A stretch of DNA of 64,000 nucleotides from Macrostomum lignano (lineage: Eukaryota). The notes under the pieces were generated by a model that made no database searches, was not told where the DNA came from, and saw only the letters and a list, made by a program, of their open reading frames with translations. Position numbers and translations under genes: made by a program. This document shows, piece by piece, positions 49,501 to 60,965 of this stretch (positions are counted from its first letter, which is position 1; each line of letters begins with the position of its first letter). The stretch is from assembly GCA_002269645.1 (NCBI GenBank), contig NIVC01000834.1, positions 62,001-126,000 on the forward strand, in the 5' to 3' direction.

Positions 49501-52500
49501 AAAGAAGAAGTCTACTCCCGGAGTCGACTTGAAGCACGAGTGTCCGGAGAAGACGGTCAATCAGGGCGCGTGTCGGAAGGGGGGCTACAGGACAGTGAGC
49601 ACAGTGTACTTTGTGTTTGTGAAGGCTCTGGGTCGATGTGTGAGGAAGGTCAAACAGGAGGACGAGAAGTGCGCTCTCTTGGGTGAGTTGTTGCTTCTTT
49701 AGAGCATGCTTCATATTTGGGTGTGAGCGCTGGATTTAAGCTGTAGTCTGGCTTGTTGGTGCGCGTGCACTTAGATGTGCACGTCTGGCTGGTTTGGGGG
49801 TTGGGGTTTAGCGCTGCGGCGTGTGCGTGCTTAGGGTGGTTACACCCACCCCAACTTTGGCAATAAATATATTGGCGTGAGCCAGTGAGGTCTCCTCACG
49901 TTTTGTTATTCTCTGCAATTCAACCCACGGTCTTACACTGGTGGCAGCGGTCTCAGTATGGCCAAATCAGAGCAAGCCAGTTTATTGCCTCCAAAGTTCA
50001 GCGGCGACTCCAACGTGAGAATGTGGCTAAGCACGTTTGAGGACTTCGCCGACGACTGCGAATGGGACGACAAGAAGAAGGCAAAGAAGCTGAGACTGCT
50101 GGTGACAGGAGAAGCGCAAATCTTCGTCTGGGAGCAGCCGGCAGACGTGTCAGCCAGCTATGAAAGGCTGAAGGAGAAGCTGATCGAGTGCTTCGGCAAC
50201 AGTCTGAGCTGCTACAGAGCAATGGAGGAGTTTGAAGAGCGAAAGCGACAGCCCAACGAGTCGCTGAGGGAGCTCGCCTACAGCCTGAAGCTTCTCCACC
50301 TTCGGGCCCGCCCGGACGACTCCGTGGCGGCTCGGGAAAAGGACGTGAAGTTTCGTCTGATGCGCCTCCTGCCATCTGCCGTGAGAGATGCGCTGTTGAA
50401 GGACCAGGACGCGGACTCGTGTTCGCTGGCCGCCATCGTCGACAGAGCTGCGCAGCTTGAGCTGGTGAGCCACGCAACTACAGCCTCATCAGCCGCGGTG
50501 TCGGTAGAAGACAGACGGCTGAGCCAGCTGGAGCAGCAGATGCAGCAGCTGACAGCCAGCGTGCGAACGGGACCACCCGGAAGAGACAGGCGTCAGAAGG
50601 GACCCATTAGGTGCTTCAGCTGCGGCGAGCCGGGTCACATTGCTAGGCGGTGCCCAAAGGCGATCGGCAGCCGCTGCAGCCGGTGCTCAGGCAAGGGTCA
50701 CTCCGCCGCGGTGTGCCCGACACCAACTGGTCAGCCGCAGGGAAACTTCTGAGGGTCGGCAGCCTGGGGCCAGCACCGACCCGCTCAAAAGGGGCCCTCA
50801 GATCAGCGCCTTCAGTCTTCGTGAAGGTGCACTTTGGCAGCGTGTCAGCGCCTGCTCTGCTCGACACCGGCGCGCAAGTTTCGTTGATGGACAAGTCGCT
50901 GTTCGACAGACTGCAGTGCAAGATCGACTCCACCGACATCGGTGCGCTGCCGACGGCTGTCGACGGATCCCGGCTGCGCTGCCTTGGCCTGTCAGCAGCG
51001 GATGTTTCGATCGGCCAGACCATCCGCGTGCGCCATCGCTTCACAGTCGTGGACGGCATCCAGCCCAGCCTGATCATCGGCATGGACTTCATTGGCGAGG
51101 TGTCGCAGGCGATGACCATTGACATTAAAGAAGGCGTCGTCAGGTTCGACGGCACAGCTGTGCCTTTCAGCAGCGAGCCGGCTCGAGCAGATTGTCGCCT
51201 GGTGCCGAGTGTCCTGGTGGCGCGTGTGGCGGCAACTACGGAGCTGCCCGCCCGCAGCGAGAAGCTGGTGTGGCTCAAGGTGGATTCCAGCGGCGAGCAG
51301 GGAGTCTTTGAGCCGTCTGAGGACTTCGTGAAGTCCACTGCCGTCCTGCCGGGCCGCGTGCTGGCGGTCTCGGACGACTGCCGCATCCCGGTGAAAATGT
51401 GCAACCTTGCAGAGGAGCCCGTGCTGCTGTACGCCAACAAGGCGGTCGGCACGTTCGAAGGCGCGATGACAGACGGGGACGGTCGCCAGGAGGCGGCCCA
51501 GGAGAACCCCGTCGGTTGGAACATCAACGCGGAGCTGCCCGAACCGGATGCTGCGAGGCTGCGACAGCTGTTGGAGAGCAACGAGGACCTGTTCGCCAGG
51601 CACGAGTACGACCTGGGCACGACGGCGTTGCTGCAGCACCAAATCGAGCTGGAGCCGGGAGCGCGGCCACACCGGCAGGTCCAGCGCCGGCTGCCGCTGT
51701 CTGTGCGAGACCAGGTGGACAAGAAGATCGGTCAGATGCTGGAAAGCGGCATCATCGAACCGTCGACATCGCCATGGGCCAGCAACCTGCTGGTGGTCCG
51801 CAAGAAGAACGGCGACATCAGACTGTGCACGGACTGGCGGCAGCTCAACGCCTGCACGGTCAAGGATGCATACCCGCTGCCGCACCTGCAGCAGGCCATG
51901 GATGCGCTTGTCGGATGCTCCTGGTTCTCCACCATCGACTGCCGGCAGGGCTACCACCAGGTGGAGGTGGCGGAGGAGGACCGGTACAAGACGGCTTTCT
52001 ATTCGACGCGCGGCCTGATGCAATTCTGCAAGATGGGCTTCGGGATGTGCAATGCCCCGGCGACGTTCCAGCGGCTCATGGAGCTGGTGATGTCCGGCCT
52101 GTCCTGGGAGTCCGTGCTGACTTATATCGACGACATCATTGTCTTCAGCAGGACGTTCGACGAGCACTTAGAGAGGCTGGCGGAAGTTTTTAAGCGGCTG
52201 CGAGACGCGGGACTCAAGCTGCACAAGGCCAAGAGCGCGTTCGGCCATCGCCGGGTGCTGTACCTGGGACACCTGATCAGCGAGCAGGGCATCGCACCGG
52301 ATCCCGGCAAGGTCGAGGCCATTCGCAGCATGCCCAGCCCAACGACGAACGAGGAGGTGAAGCGGTTTCTTGGAATGCTGGGTTTCTACCGCCGGTTCAT
52401 CCGAGGCTTCAGCCAGACGGCGAGGGTCCTGCACGACGTCAGCGTGAAATCGAGGGACTTCGCGTGGAGCAGCGACTGCGAGCGAGCGTTCCGCGAGTTG

Positions 52501-55500
52501 AAGGACCGGCTGACGACAGCTCCGGTGCTGAGACTGCCAGATTTCACCAAGCAGTTTGTGCTCAGCTGCGACAGCAGTCAGTTCGCCGTCGGCGCGGTGC
52601 TCAGCCAGCTGCACGGTGACGCCGAGCTGCCTGTGGCGTTCGCCTCTCGCACCCTCAACAAGGCCGAGCGCAACTACTCGGCGACCGACCGCGAGCTGCT
52701 GGCGCTTGTCTGGAGTTTGAAGCACTTCAGGACGTACCTGCTGAGTGTTCCGAGCTTCAGAGTCTACTCGGACCACCGGCCACTGCAAGGTCTGCTGGCA
52801 ACGAAGGACCCCGAAGGTCGGCTGGCGCGATGGCTTTCTACGCTGCAGCAGTTTTCGTTCGAGCTGCTGTACCGGCCTGGCATGGACAACGTCGTGCCGG
52901 ATGCGCTGAGCCGGGTGGCCGGCACGCGCCTGCAGCCTCGGTGGGACGACAGCCGCCTGCACGAGGAGCAACTGCAAGATCCGCTGCTGAGCAAGGCGTT
53001 CCAGGCGCTGACCGAAGGGATTGACAGCCTGTCCGATTCATGGGCGGCGCAGGTTCGCGAGCTGCTGGACGAGGCCTCGGTGAGCTCGGCGGGAGTCCTG
53101 CTGGTCGGTGGCCGGCCAGTCATTCCCGGTCACCTGCGGCCACATTTCTGCAGCAGGCGCACTCGTGTGACCAGAGCGGACACCTCGGCGTCGACAAGAC
53201 CGGAGCGAGATTGTCTGAGCGCTGCTGGTGGCCTGGTCTGCGACGGGACGTCGAGAACTGGGTGGCCAGCTGTGCGGTCTGCCTGGCCAAGAAGAGTCCA
53301 ACCAAGCCGCAGAAGGCGCCGCTACAGTCGACGTGCCAGCCGACGGCTCCGTGGCGGCTGGTGCAGATCGACATCAAAGGGCCGCTTCCGCGTACGACTG
53401 ATGGCAAAGCGTACATCCTGAGCATGTGCGACGCCTTCTCCAAGTGGATGGAGACGGCAGCCCTGGCGGCAATCGACGCGGTTACGGTGGCGGATGCGCT
53501 GCTCAAGTCGGTGGTTCTGCGTCACGGCGCTCCTCAGGTGCTGCACAGTGACCAGGGACGGCAATTCGAGAGCGAGGTGTTCGGCCGGCTCTGCGAGAAG
53601 CTGGGCGTCGAAAAGACGCGCACGTCGCCGTTTCATCCGAGCGGCAACGGAATCGTCGAGCGAGGCAACCGGACGCTCGGCGATATGCTGGCGACGACGG
53701 TGGCCGAGAACCAGCAGGATTGGGACAGCAAGCTGCCATATGTGACCTGGGCCTACAACACCTCCGTGCACAGCACCATCGGCCTCAGTCCGTACCAGGT
53801 CCTCCACGGCTGGCCACCGAGGCTGGATCTCGACAGCTGGCTGATAAGCGGCGACCGGCCGGCAGCCGACGGTGGACATCACGGCTTCCTGCGGCGGACT
53901 CAGGAGAACCTGCAGAGCGCCTTCGACACGGTGCACGGCCGACTGCGGAGCGCCCAGGCCGAGCGCAACCGGCTGGCCAACCAGGACTCTCGGTTTGTGC
54001 CGTTCGAAGAGGGCCAGCTCGTGATGCTGCGCAACTCCGTCGTCAAGCGCGGCCAGACGCGGTGTTTGAGCGCCAAGTGGAAGGGGCCGTACCGAGTCCT
54101 GAGGCGCCTGGGCGAGGTCAATTACCGCATCCAGGACGAGACCGGCCGCAGCGCCGGCTGGTGGTGCACCACGACCGCCTCAAGTGCTTCGTGCAGCGGC
54201 GGGCGTCACTGGAGCTTCCGGCCGCAGCAGACCACCAGCCGCCGGCCGCCGACTTCGACAACGACGACACCGTCGCTGAGCCGCCCGGGCAGGCGACCGA
54301 TCCTGGCGGCGACGCGGTGACCTTCTGGCCCGAGCTGCAGGCAGACGAGGCACCCGAGGAGCAGCCGGCGGCACCGGCCGAGCCGGTCACGGTTCCGCGG
54401 CGGTCGGCGAGAGAGCGGCGGCCACCTGACTTGTACATGGCGGGCTTTGCTTGACTCTGGAACTGTCTTTTGCTTCTAGGGGGAAAGTAGTGTAGTCTGG
54501 CTTGTTGGTGCGCGTGCACTTAGATGTGCACGTCTGGCTGGTTTGGGGGTTGGGGTTTAGCGCTGCGGCGTGTGCGTGCTTAGGGTGGTTACACCCACCC
54601 CAACTTTGGCAATAAATATATTGGCGTGAGCCAGTGAGGTCTCCTCACGTTTTGTTATTCTCTGCAATTCAACCCACGGTCTTACAAAGCCAATAATTCG
54701 AGCATTCTTGCTTTCTAGTAAAGCTGGCCTCCTGTCCAAAGGATGACGTAGTGGAGACCGGTCCGTGTCACCGCGGCTTCCGCACGAATATAATCTATCA
54801 ATACACACGCGACCTGGAGGGCCGTTGCGCTCGCGCCGAAAAGTCTGTTACCGAAGAGTGCAAAGGCAGCACTGCTGGTAACTACGAACACTATGTTTTC
54901 GTACTTTACGCTCGTATACTCGTACAGTTGAGAGATGATCATAGGACTGCTGTCAGGCCAAGTGAGAATGTGGGCATCCACAAATGGCACTGCATGCGTA
55001 GTTAGCCCGTGTCCCTGTATAGTTAGCGGAACTCTAGCTGGTTTCAACGCGGGATAGAGGTATGTTCAAATTTTAAATTGCACCTACGGTGACGGTGTCA
55101 AATATAGATTTGTAGACAGGAATACAGACATGAGTTGGATCCCTGTCAGTGGAATCCCAGTCAATGGAATTCCAGATGGAAATTCTCCTCCGTGGATTAG
55201 ACGGTTAAATATGACGGCCAAAGTATGATCCGAATCGCGTCATGAATATTGTATGCTTGCTCTAACAACCATTCACCTAGACTGTTTGCCTCCATCTCGT
55301 AAGCTGGCCAAACCGTGCTCAGCCTCTGGATTCGAGCGCTGGCTAACCACATACTATGTTTATAACAAGCTCAAGAAGCGCTGCGTGAGGAAGCTTCGAG
55401 TTAAAGAAGTTTCCTGTCGTCGAGTGAAAAGTAAGCAGCTAGCGTACTGTGTCAAATGTACATGAGATAATACAAACTGACGCTTAAATAATAATTAAAA

Positions 55501-56124
55501 CCGAAGTCAGTCTCTTAAATTCAGACAAAACAGAACGCTTCCTCGCCCCAACAAACCGCAGAGTGCCCAACGCCGCGGGTGATCGAGCCCAGCCCCTGTA
55601 GCAAAGGCAAGCAGCGCCTTCTGATTGAGCACTACGAGCTGGACGCTAAGCTGGGCCGCTGTCGAATGAAGCAAGATTACGTAAATAGAAAATGCGGCAA
55701 GCCAACGAAGCGACAGGCCGCAGCGGCCAAGCACCACTGTCCGGACTCTACTTATCATCAGAAGCCTTGCCGGAAGGACGGCTACCGGAGCGTTCTGAAG
55801 ATCTATTATCGATACAACTCGGCCAAAGGTCGATGCGTTAGAAACGTTCGAGTCGACGACGAGAAATGCAGCCGATTGGGTAAGGATTCTGCTACAATAC
55901 ATTTGTATATTACGCATATTGATAGCTATATAACTACAATTCCTTCTCACAAAGTCGCCACGCGAGCCACCTGCAAAGCCGACGAGATGGTCGAAGAGGG
56001 CCCCTGCAAGAAGGGATTCCGGGAGAACATCATCTACAGGTACGAAAGGAACAAAGACGGCAGCTGCGTGAGGAAGGAGCGTCGAGTCAGCCTGGCTTGC
56101 GTTGAAAAGAAGGTTGTACCTTAG
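43532..56124 (+). CDS. Secreted Lys/Arg- and Cys-rich protein with 20 tandem four-Cys modules, (D-A-B-C)x5, ~1124 aa, 14 exons; two 1-nt frameshifts in this sequence
   Basis: Exons 43532-43631 (signal peptide MRRQRLLPPILLLLALILLLLDCGQC), 43991-44146, 45168-45503, 45599-46242, 46338-46490, 46564-46734, 46835-47175, 48829-48990, 49069-49239, 49341-49682, 54719-54877, 55281-55430, 55562-55879, 55955-56124. All introns are GT-AG and phase 1. Module pattern C-x9/10-C-x19-26-C-x10-C. 1-nt deletions at ~46016 and ~46910. Confidence 0.8.
44843..44936 (+). CDS. Candidate alternative first exon (signal-peptide-like MASSLRNLLCLTLTVLINAQDVGANPQGKMK) of the Cys-rich gene
   Basis: ATG, hydrophobic stretch and a phase-1 donor GTAAGC compatible with the acceptor at 45168. 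Confidence 0.4.
47638..47995 (+). pseudogene. Decayed PIF/Harbinger (HARBI1-like) transposase N-terminal fragment in an intron
   Basis: Frameshifted pieces DDF*QRFRM, PKLEYDAPRSRSLSAREQTLTTLRCYAPISFYQ and DANGPSESTV match the typical Harbinger N-terminal HTH region (F..RFRM / LS..EQ.L..LR.YA.GS.Y / G.S.STVS). Confidence 0.6.
49742..49937 (+). repeat. 5' LTR
   Basis: TGTAGTCTGG...GGTCTTACA, identical by eye to 54491-54686. Contains AATAAA. Confidence 0.97.
49939..49951 (+). promoter_or_regulatory. Primer binding site, complementary to the tRNA-Leu 3' end
   Basis: TGGTGGCAGCGGT, 1 nt after the LTR. It is the reverse complement of the metazoan tRNA-Leu 3' end ACCGCUGCCACCA. Confidence 0.8.
49958..50752 (+). 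CDS. gag: Gypsy Gag, 264 aa, two CCHC zinc knuckles
   Basis: PPKFSGD..WL..FE capsid-like start, CFSCGEPGHIARRC and CSRCSGKGHSAAVC. Confidence 0.93.
   Translation: MAKSEQASLLPPKFSGDSNVRMWLSTFEDFADDCEWDDKKKAKKLRLLVTGEAQIFVWEQPADVSASYERLKEKLIECFGNSLSCYRAMEEFEERKRQPNESLRELAYSLKLLHLRARPDDSVAAREKDVKFRLMRLLPSAVRDALLKDQDADSCSLAAIVDRAAQLELVSHATTASSAAVSVEDRRLSQLEQQMQQLTASVRTGPPGRDRRQKGPIRCFSCGEPGHIARRCPKAIGSRCSRCSGKGHSAAVCPTPTGQPQGNF
50740..50782 (+). promoter_or_regulatory. Predicted -1 programmed ribosomal frameshift signal (slippery GGGAAAC plus downstream hairpin)
   Basis: G GGA AAC at 50740-50746, then a 6-nt spacer, then stem GGGTCGG...CCGACCC. pol is in the -1 frame relative to gag. Confidence 0.75.
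50740..54454 (+). CDS. pol: Gypsy Pol (protease, RT, RNase H, integrase with GPY/F tail), interrupted by two 1-nt frameshifts (~53140, ~54150)
   Basis: LLDTGA protease, RT with YIDD, CDSS..VGAVL RNase H, HHCC (AH..GHLG..C..C), integrase core D..D..E, WKGPY. The reading continues across ORFs 50650-53421, 53040-54320 and 53720-54454. Confidence 0.92.
54491..54686 (+). repeat. 3' LTR
   Basis: Identical to the 5' LTR. Preceded by the PPT and followed by TSD AAGC. Confidence 0.97.
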
Positions 56125-58904
56125 GCCTATGCAGTACGCAAAAGAACAGGCTATATGCTCAATCATTTTACAGTTCACGATGGAAACAGTTATACCGAGT
56201 ATATATTTTTGCTGACAGTGAAATTCAAACCTTATTTAATCGGTTTTTTCCTTTTAATGTTGGTGGTTGTAGTTGGTTAAGTTCTAAATAAACAATTACA
56301 CATAACAATAATAAGTGCGCACTTTCAATTTGAGAAATCGATCTGAAAGTCCGCCATCGGTGATTGGTTGGCTCCAAAATTCTCGTCCATTATGTTTAAT
56401 TCAGCACTTGAAAATCGTAAAATCCGAATAAAAAATCTGTGTATGTATAAATACTTCCTTTTGCTACTGACAGTAGAGACATACGAGCGTGTACTTGTAT
56501 GATGATACCGATAACGTCAGATAAGTGTCTATTCTTGTTTTATATAGCCTTACTTGAAGTACATGTAAACATGTTCAAAGAAGGTATCGATTACAACGCA
56601 CGACAGCCCGACCGCTGACGATGTCTATGGCCAAAATACTATTGATTCGCCCCTATATTGAACGAAGGCAGACGAGAAATACACAGTTTTATTCAACTGA
56701 ATGATGCAAAGTCGGCCTACAAGTGTATACGTACTAGCGTACGTACTTGTGCTGTAGCTACATGTAGCTAGCATGGCCCCAAAGTGAGGATTGACCAACA
56801 GACAGTCGCATTTCGTGCAAGCCCGTGACTATGCATTTGCGCTGAATCAGTTTGGCTTTTGCCTTTTGGCCATAGACATCCTCTCAGCGGGCGGGCAATC
56901 TGTTATGCGTTCAAATTACAATAGGTTAAGTGTATCTGTGTATTCGATAAGGGCCGTAACTTAGTCTTCGATTGGGGGGGGAGGGGTGGGCAGGAGTGCC
57001 AGTGAAGGGCCGGAACCACTTTTGACCATAGACAACGCAATCTGGGCTTTCTAATTTGGCGAACAGCGCCTATTTTAGCAATTCTGTGTACAGATAGAAA
57101 AGGTAATAACTTTCCCAAGATCATTTGCTGACCATGCTGGTTGTTGTTTTAAGGGTCATACCATTAGATAAATGTAGACTACATGTGCATGTACGTTTGT
57201 GCGTTTATTTTTAATATGTAACTGCATTACGTAATGTTTTGCAGTACTTGTACTGCATAATGCTCCGCATAATATAAAAATGCATGTATTGAAGAGCTAC
57301 TAAATGGAACTCGAAATGCTCCAGCACACGCTCGTAGCATGCAAAATTTGAAACTATTTTGCTAAAAATACACCTACACCGTTATGATTAACGAACGTAC
57401 ATGTAGTTCTCAAGAAGCACTGTGTGGCAGTATGGCATAAAATTTCAAATCTCATAATCGTTTATAGCTGACTCAGACGTTAGCGCCGCGCTTGAGAATG
57501 CATTTAGGCGCTTAAATCCACAGGTTCAATCGCTATATTTGAATCAATTTTGTAATTTTGTTTGGTGCACAAAAACCCCATAGTCCCATACAACTCTGGT
57601 CGCTCATGGGGCGGAATCGAACCATGCAGCACCTGGGGTCGTGGCAGATGAGTCAGACGTCGGAGTCAGGAGGGCTACAGGGCGATTCCCAACTTTGAGA
57701 CGTTGAGACACTGCCTTGAGAGTCAGGATAGAAGTGCATACAATCAGCGGCGCTCACACTTGAGCAGTGCAGTTGGAGGAGTAGAATCTCATCATCGCGA
57801 TTGACACAGAAAGCAGTGGTCGATAATTACATATGCGACCCATGCGCGTCAAAAATTGGATGCTTGACGAGATACAACTCTCTCCACTAAACTGCCAAGT
57901 TGTTTTTCAATCTATGAAGTTCTCTGATATTGCTTCAGTTAAGACGCTTTAGATAGAATGTTGAGGTTTTGTTCAGCCATTAAAGGCTCTTGGCCATAAA
58001 CTATTGATGATCGAATCCTCTCTAGTTTGGATCGATAATAAAAGCAGCTAGCTATATAGCTATGGCGCGAGTAGGCCAGGCTTTGACTTTTATAAATAAA
58101 AATTGCTTTCAACGTTTCTTAACGACACTGAAAACGCAAGCTATTTATTCGTTGCATTCATTGAACATGCAAGAGGCCGTACTCACCGAACGCATGCAGA
58201 CTGATAGGGGAAGATAAGAAATTATTGGGCTAGCTAGTAGCTAGCTAGCTGTGCCCTGTGGGGAGTCGGGGACACCCACAATTCAAGCTGTGTTGTGCTT
58301 GGGGGTTGGGTTGGGGTGTCGTAAAGGTAAGACGAATTCTGCTGTGCCGAGCAAAACTCGAAGCTCAAGCAAGCTAGCAAGCAGGCAGGCTTCTTTAAAC
58401 CACAAGGAAGGAACTATAATCAGCGTGTACACGTGGCTTTTGTCAAAGTTGGTGACTAAATAAATAAACCGAGTTAAACAGAGATATAAGATAAAGGAAT
58501 CGACTTACTGCATGTACCACCTTAGTATCGAGGCAAAATCTTGACAGTCATGGATAACCTGATAAGCTGTTCGAAGTTCGATAAATTACACATATTTAAT
58601 TCGAACCAGGGGAAGTTGGTTAAGAATAAGTTGTCTGACTAGCTAAGATCAGGGACGTCAGAGCGAAGCGATAGCAATAAAATTAATTGCCAAAGTTGAG
58701 TACCAATCGTGCTAAATCCTGAGGCAGTATGGACAGGACAAGTACACAGAGTCAATTTCATTAGCTAAAACTCTTAGTAGCTTTGTATGTACAATAAGAA
58801 GCCTAATATTTGTTTTTTTGGTTGTAATTTTAATGCGTTTAATTTGTAACGCAATAGAAACGACACCGAACGATTATTAGGGACTGACTTTTTAATTCGT
58901 AATA

Positions 58905-59065
58905 ACAAGTTAGGGGGGGGGGGTTGAAAAATATTTGGACATAGCTCGTATATTGACTTTCATTTACAACAACTAAGGATTGTGACCCTAGAGTGGGCTT
59001 GCTGCTCTTGTGGGGGAGAGGGTCGTTTTTACGCCCTGACTGGCACAACTAACCCCCTAAACTTA
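58905..59065. mobile_element. Small MITE-like element with short TIRs (AAGTTAGGGGG / CCCCCTAAACTT)
   Basis: Imperfect terminal inverted repeats only. No TSD established. Confidence 0.3.
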
Positions 59066-60965
59066 CTGCAATTAATGTACAGTGTCGCTATTTAACTATC
59101 ATGTGTATGTACAGCTCGAGCTCAGGTTTTACGAAGCCCGTGTAATGTACTTATTATAGCTTGACTTCATGGTGGGCTGGATGGCATTGGACAATTAAAG
59201 GCTCATTTCACACTGCCATTCAAACGACACCAAATCACACGGCCAATAAGTACAAAGAAATCAAATTCGATGTACAAATTTTGTGATGACACGAAATTAG
59301 GTCTTACTAGCAATCTAGTGCCCCCTTTCGGGGCGGCCAATAAGCAAGGGACGAATCCTTTAAAATGAAAGGAATTCTTAGGAACAGAATTCTCATTTTC
59401 AAAATGTTCAAAATGTTTCGTTTCCATAGAATAAATAATTATATAGTAAAATATGTTTTAAATCGACTGTTTTAAAGCTGAAATTACATGTAAACGTTGT
59501 TTTTAAAAGTACAGTTCTTGAATTCCTCAGCAACGCTCTTTTACAATATTATTAAACAAATTTTGGAGCATTGTAGAGTGTTTAGATGCCCTAAGCTAAT
59601 TATTCTATCCACATGCGAAAAACAACACTATAAGTAGCATCATACAAACATCAATTGTTAATTCTATAAAGCATCCATTTCGGAAGTACAAACGTATATA
59701 GTAATACCCAAGTTCGCCAGCTAATCAATCATAAGAAGTCAGCTAACTCGCTGAAGTCGCGTGTGATGGATTTATTGAGAACGCATTCGAACTCATAATT
59801 AGAGAGCTATAGATACTGCACCGGCCCGAGATCTTAGTTATAACAACTATACAGTAATTGCATATTAATTTCAGATACTGCACAACTTATCTTTTTTCAA
59901 AGCTAGGTTTTTTCCAAACTAGGACTGAACTAAATTTATCCTTTCGCTTATTTAAAGGTATAGGAATCATTTCAATATTTAATTTGAGCTGATCAATTTT
60001 TGTAAAAATGTAATTTCGTTCATTGTGTGGTAGGCACGGCCTCCCACTGCTCCCACCGAACGAAACTTTGTTTCCGCCGAGTGGATTTGCTCACCCAGTG
60101 AATTGCGCATTTTTTGACGTCATTCCCTGTGAGGAATCCGCTTTTCGCCTAATGTAATTTTCCCTTCCTGTACCCTCCTCTCTCCCCACCTGGTGTCTCT
60201 CCTGTCCCACCCGGGGTATTAACCCCTTTTTCCTCCCGGTGGCTCATGAGAGCACATTTAAGAGTCTGCGCCCCTCCTTTCCAGCCAGACTCTCGACTGG
60301 AACCCCTTCTCATTTGAATTCACCCGTCCCGAACTCCGAGCTCCAGATATTCGAGGGGACCCTACCTGTAAGCCCAGCATCCCGACCCGACCAGCTCCTC
60401 GCCTCGCCCATCAGTTTAACGATATTGATGAGGACGCACTTTTTCCCAAATCCCGCGCTAGCACATGGGCTCTAAACTTACTTGCCTACTAACAGTGGGC
60501 AATGGGCATTTTTATCCTTTTTCTGCGAATTTTCATAGAATCTATACTAGATATAATGTCTGGTCATACTAGTAGTCATAATAACATAGGCGCAGCTTTT
60601 TGGGTCATAAATCATCGCTTTCAAAGTTGGTCTGACAGCCACCTGCGCCTCACTCAGTGTTGAAGCGGGCGCCAGATGGTCTGAGAGGATGCGGGCGGTA
60701 GCTTTTTTCTCATCATTTTGACAGGCCATCAAGATTTATGAGGTCAGAGCCTATTGTTCGTGTTCACTCAAGCGTGTGACAGCTGTGACAGCTATGCGTT
60801 TTACCCCTAAAAGTACTTTGGGATTAGCGATTAGCGATTTCTCTTCATTATCTTCACTTTCTATTTAATGAGAGCTTTCTAGCGTATATTTTTTCATTAA
60901 TTTCTGTCAATCCTACGCGAAAAGTCATAAATCATTTTGTTGCGATTTTGATTGATTCATGGCCG

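Larger units (their letters stand above)
49742..54686 (+). mobile_element. Full-length Ty3/Gypsy LTR retrotransposon (4945 bp), intronic, recent insertion
   Basis: Identical 196-bp TG...CA LTRs, 4-bp TSD AAGC (49738-49741, 54687-54690), PBS TGGTGGCAGCGGT (49939-49951), PPT AGGGGGAAAGTAG (54478-54490), gag plus PR-RT-RH-IN pol. Confidence 0.97.

Noticed and set aside
50643-54519. Many long overlapping antisense ORFs over the retrotransposon (359 aa, 391 aa, 269 aa)
   Set aside because: Shadow ORFs of GC-rich pol with no recognisable motifs. No env-like ORF between pol and the PPT.
57595-57660. tRNA-like B-box on the minus strand (GGTTCGATTCC...CCA)
   Set aside because: No A-box or cloverleaf could be built; at most a SINE remnant.
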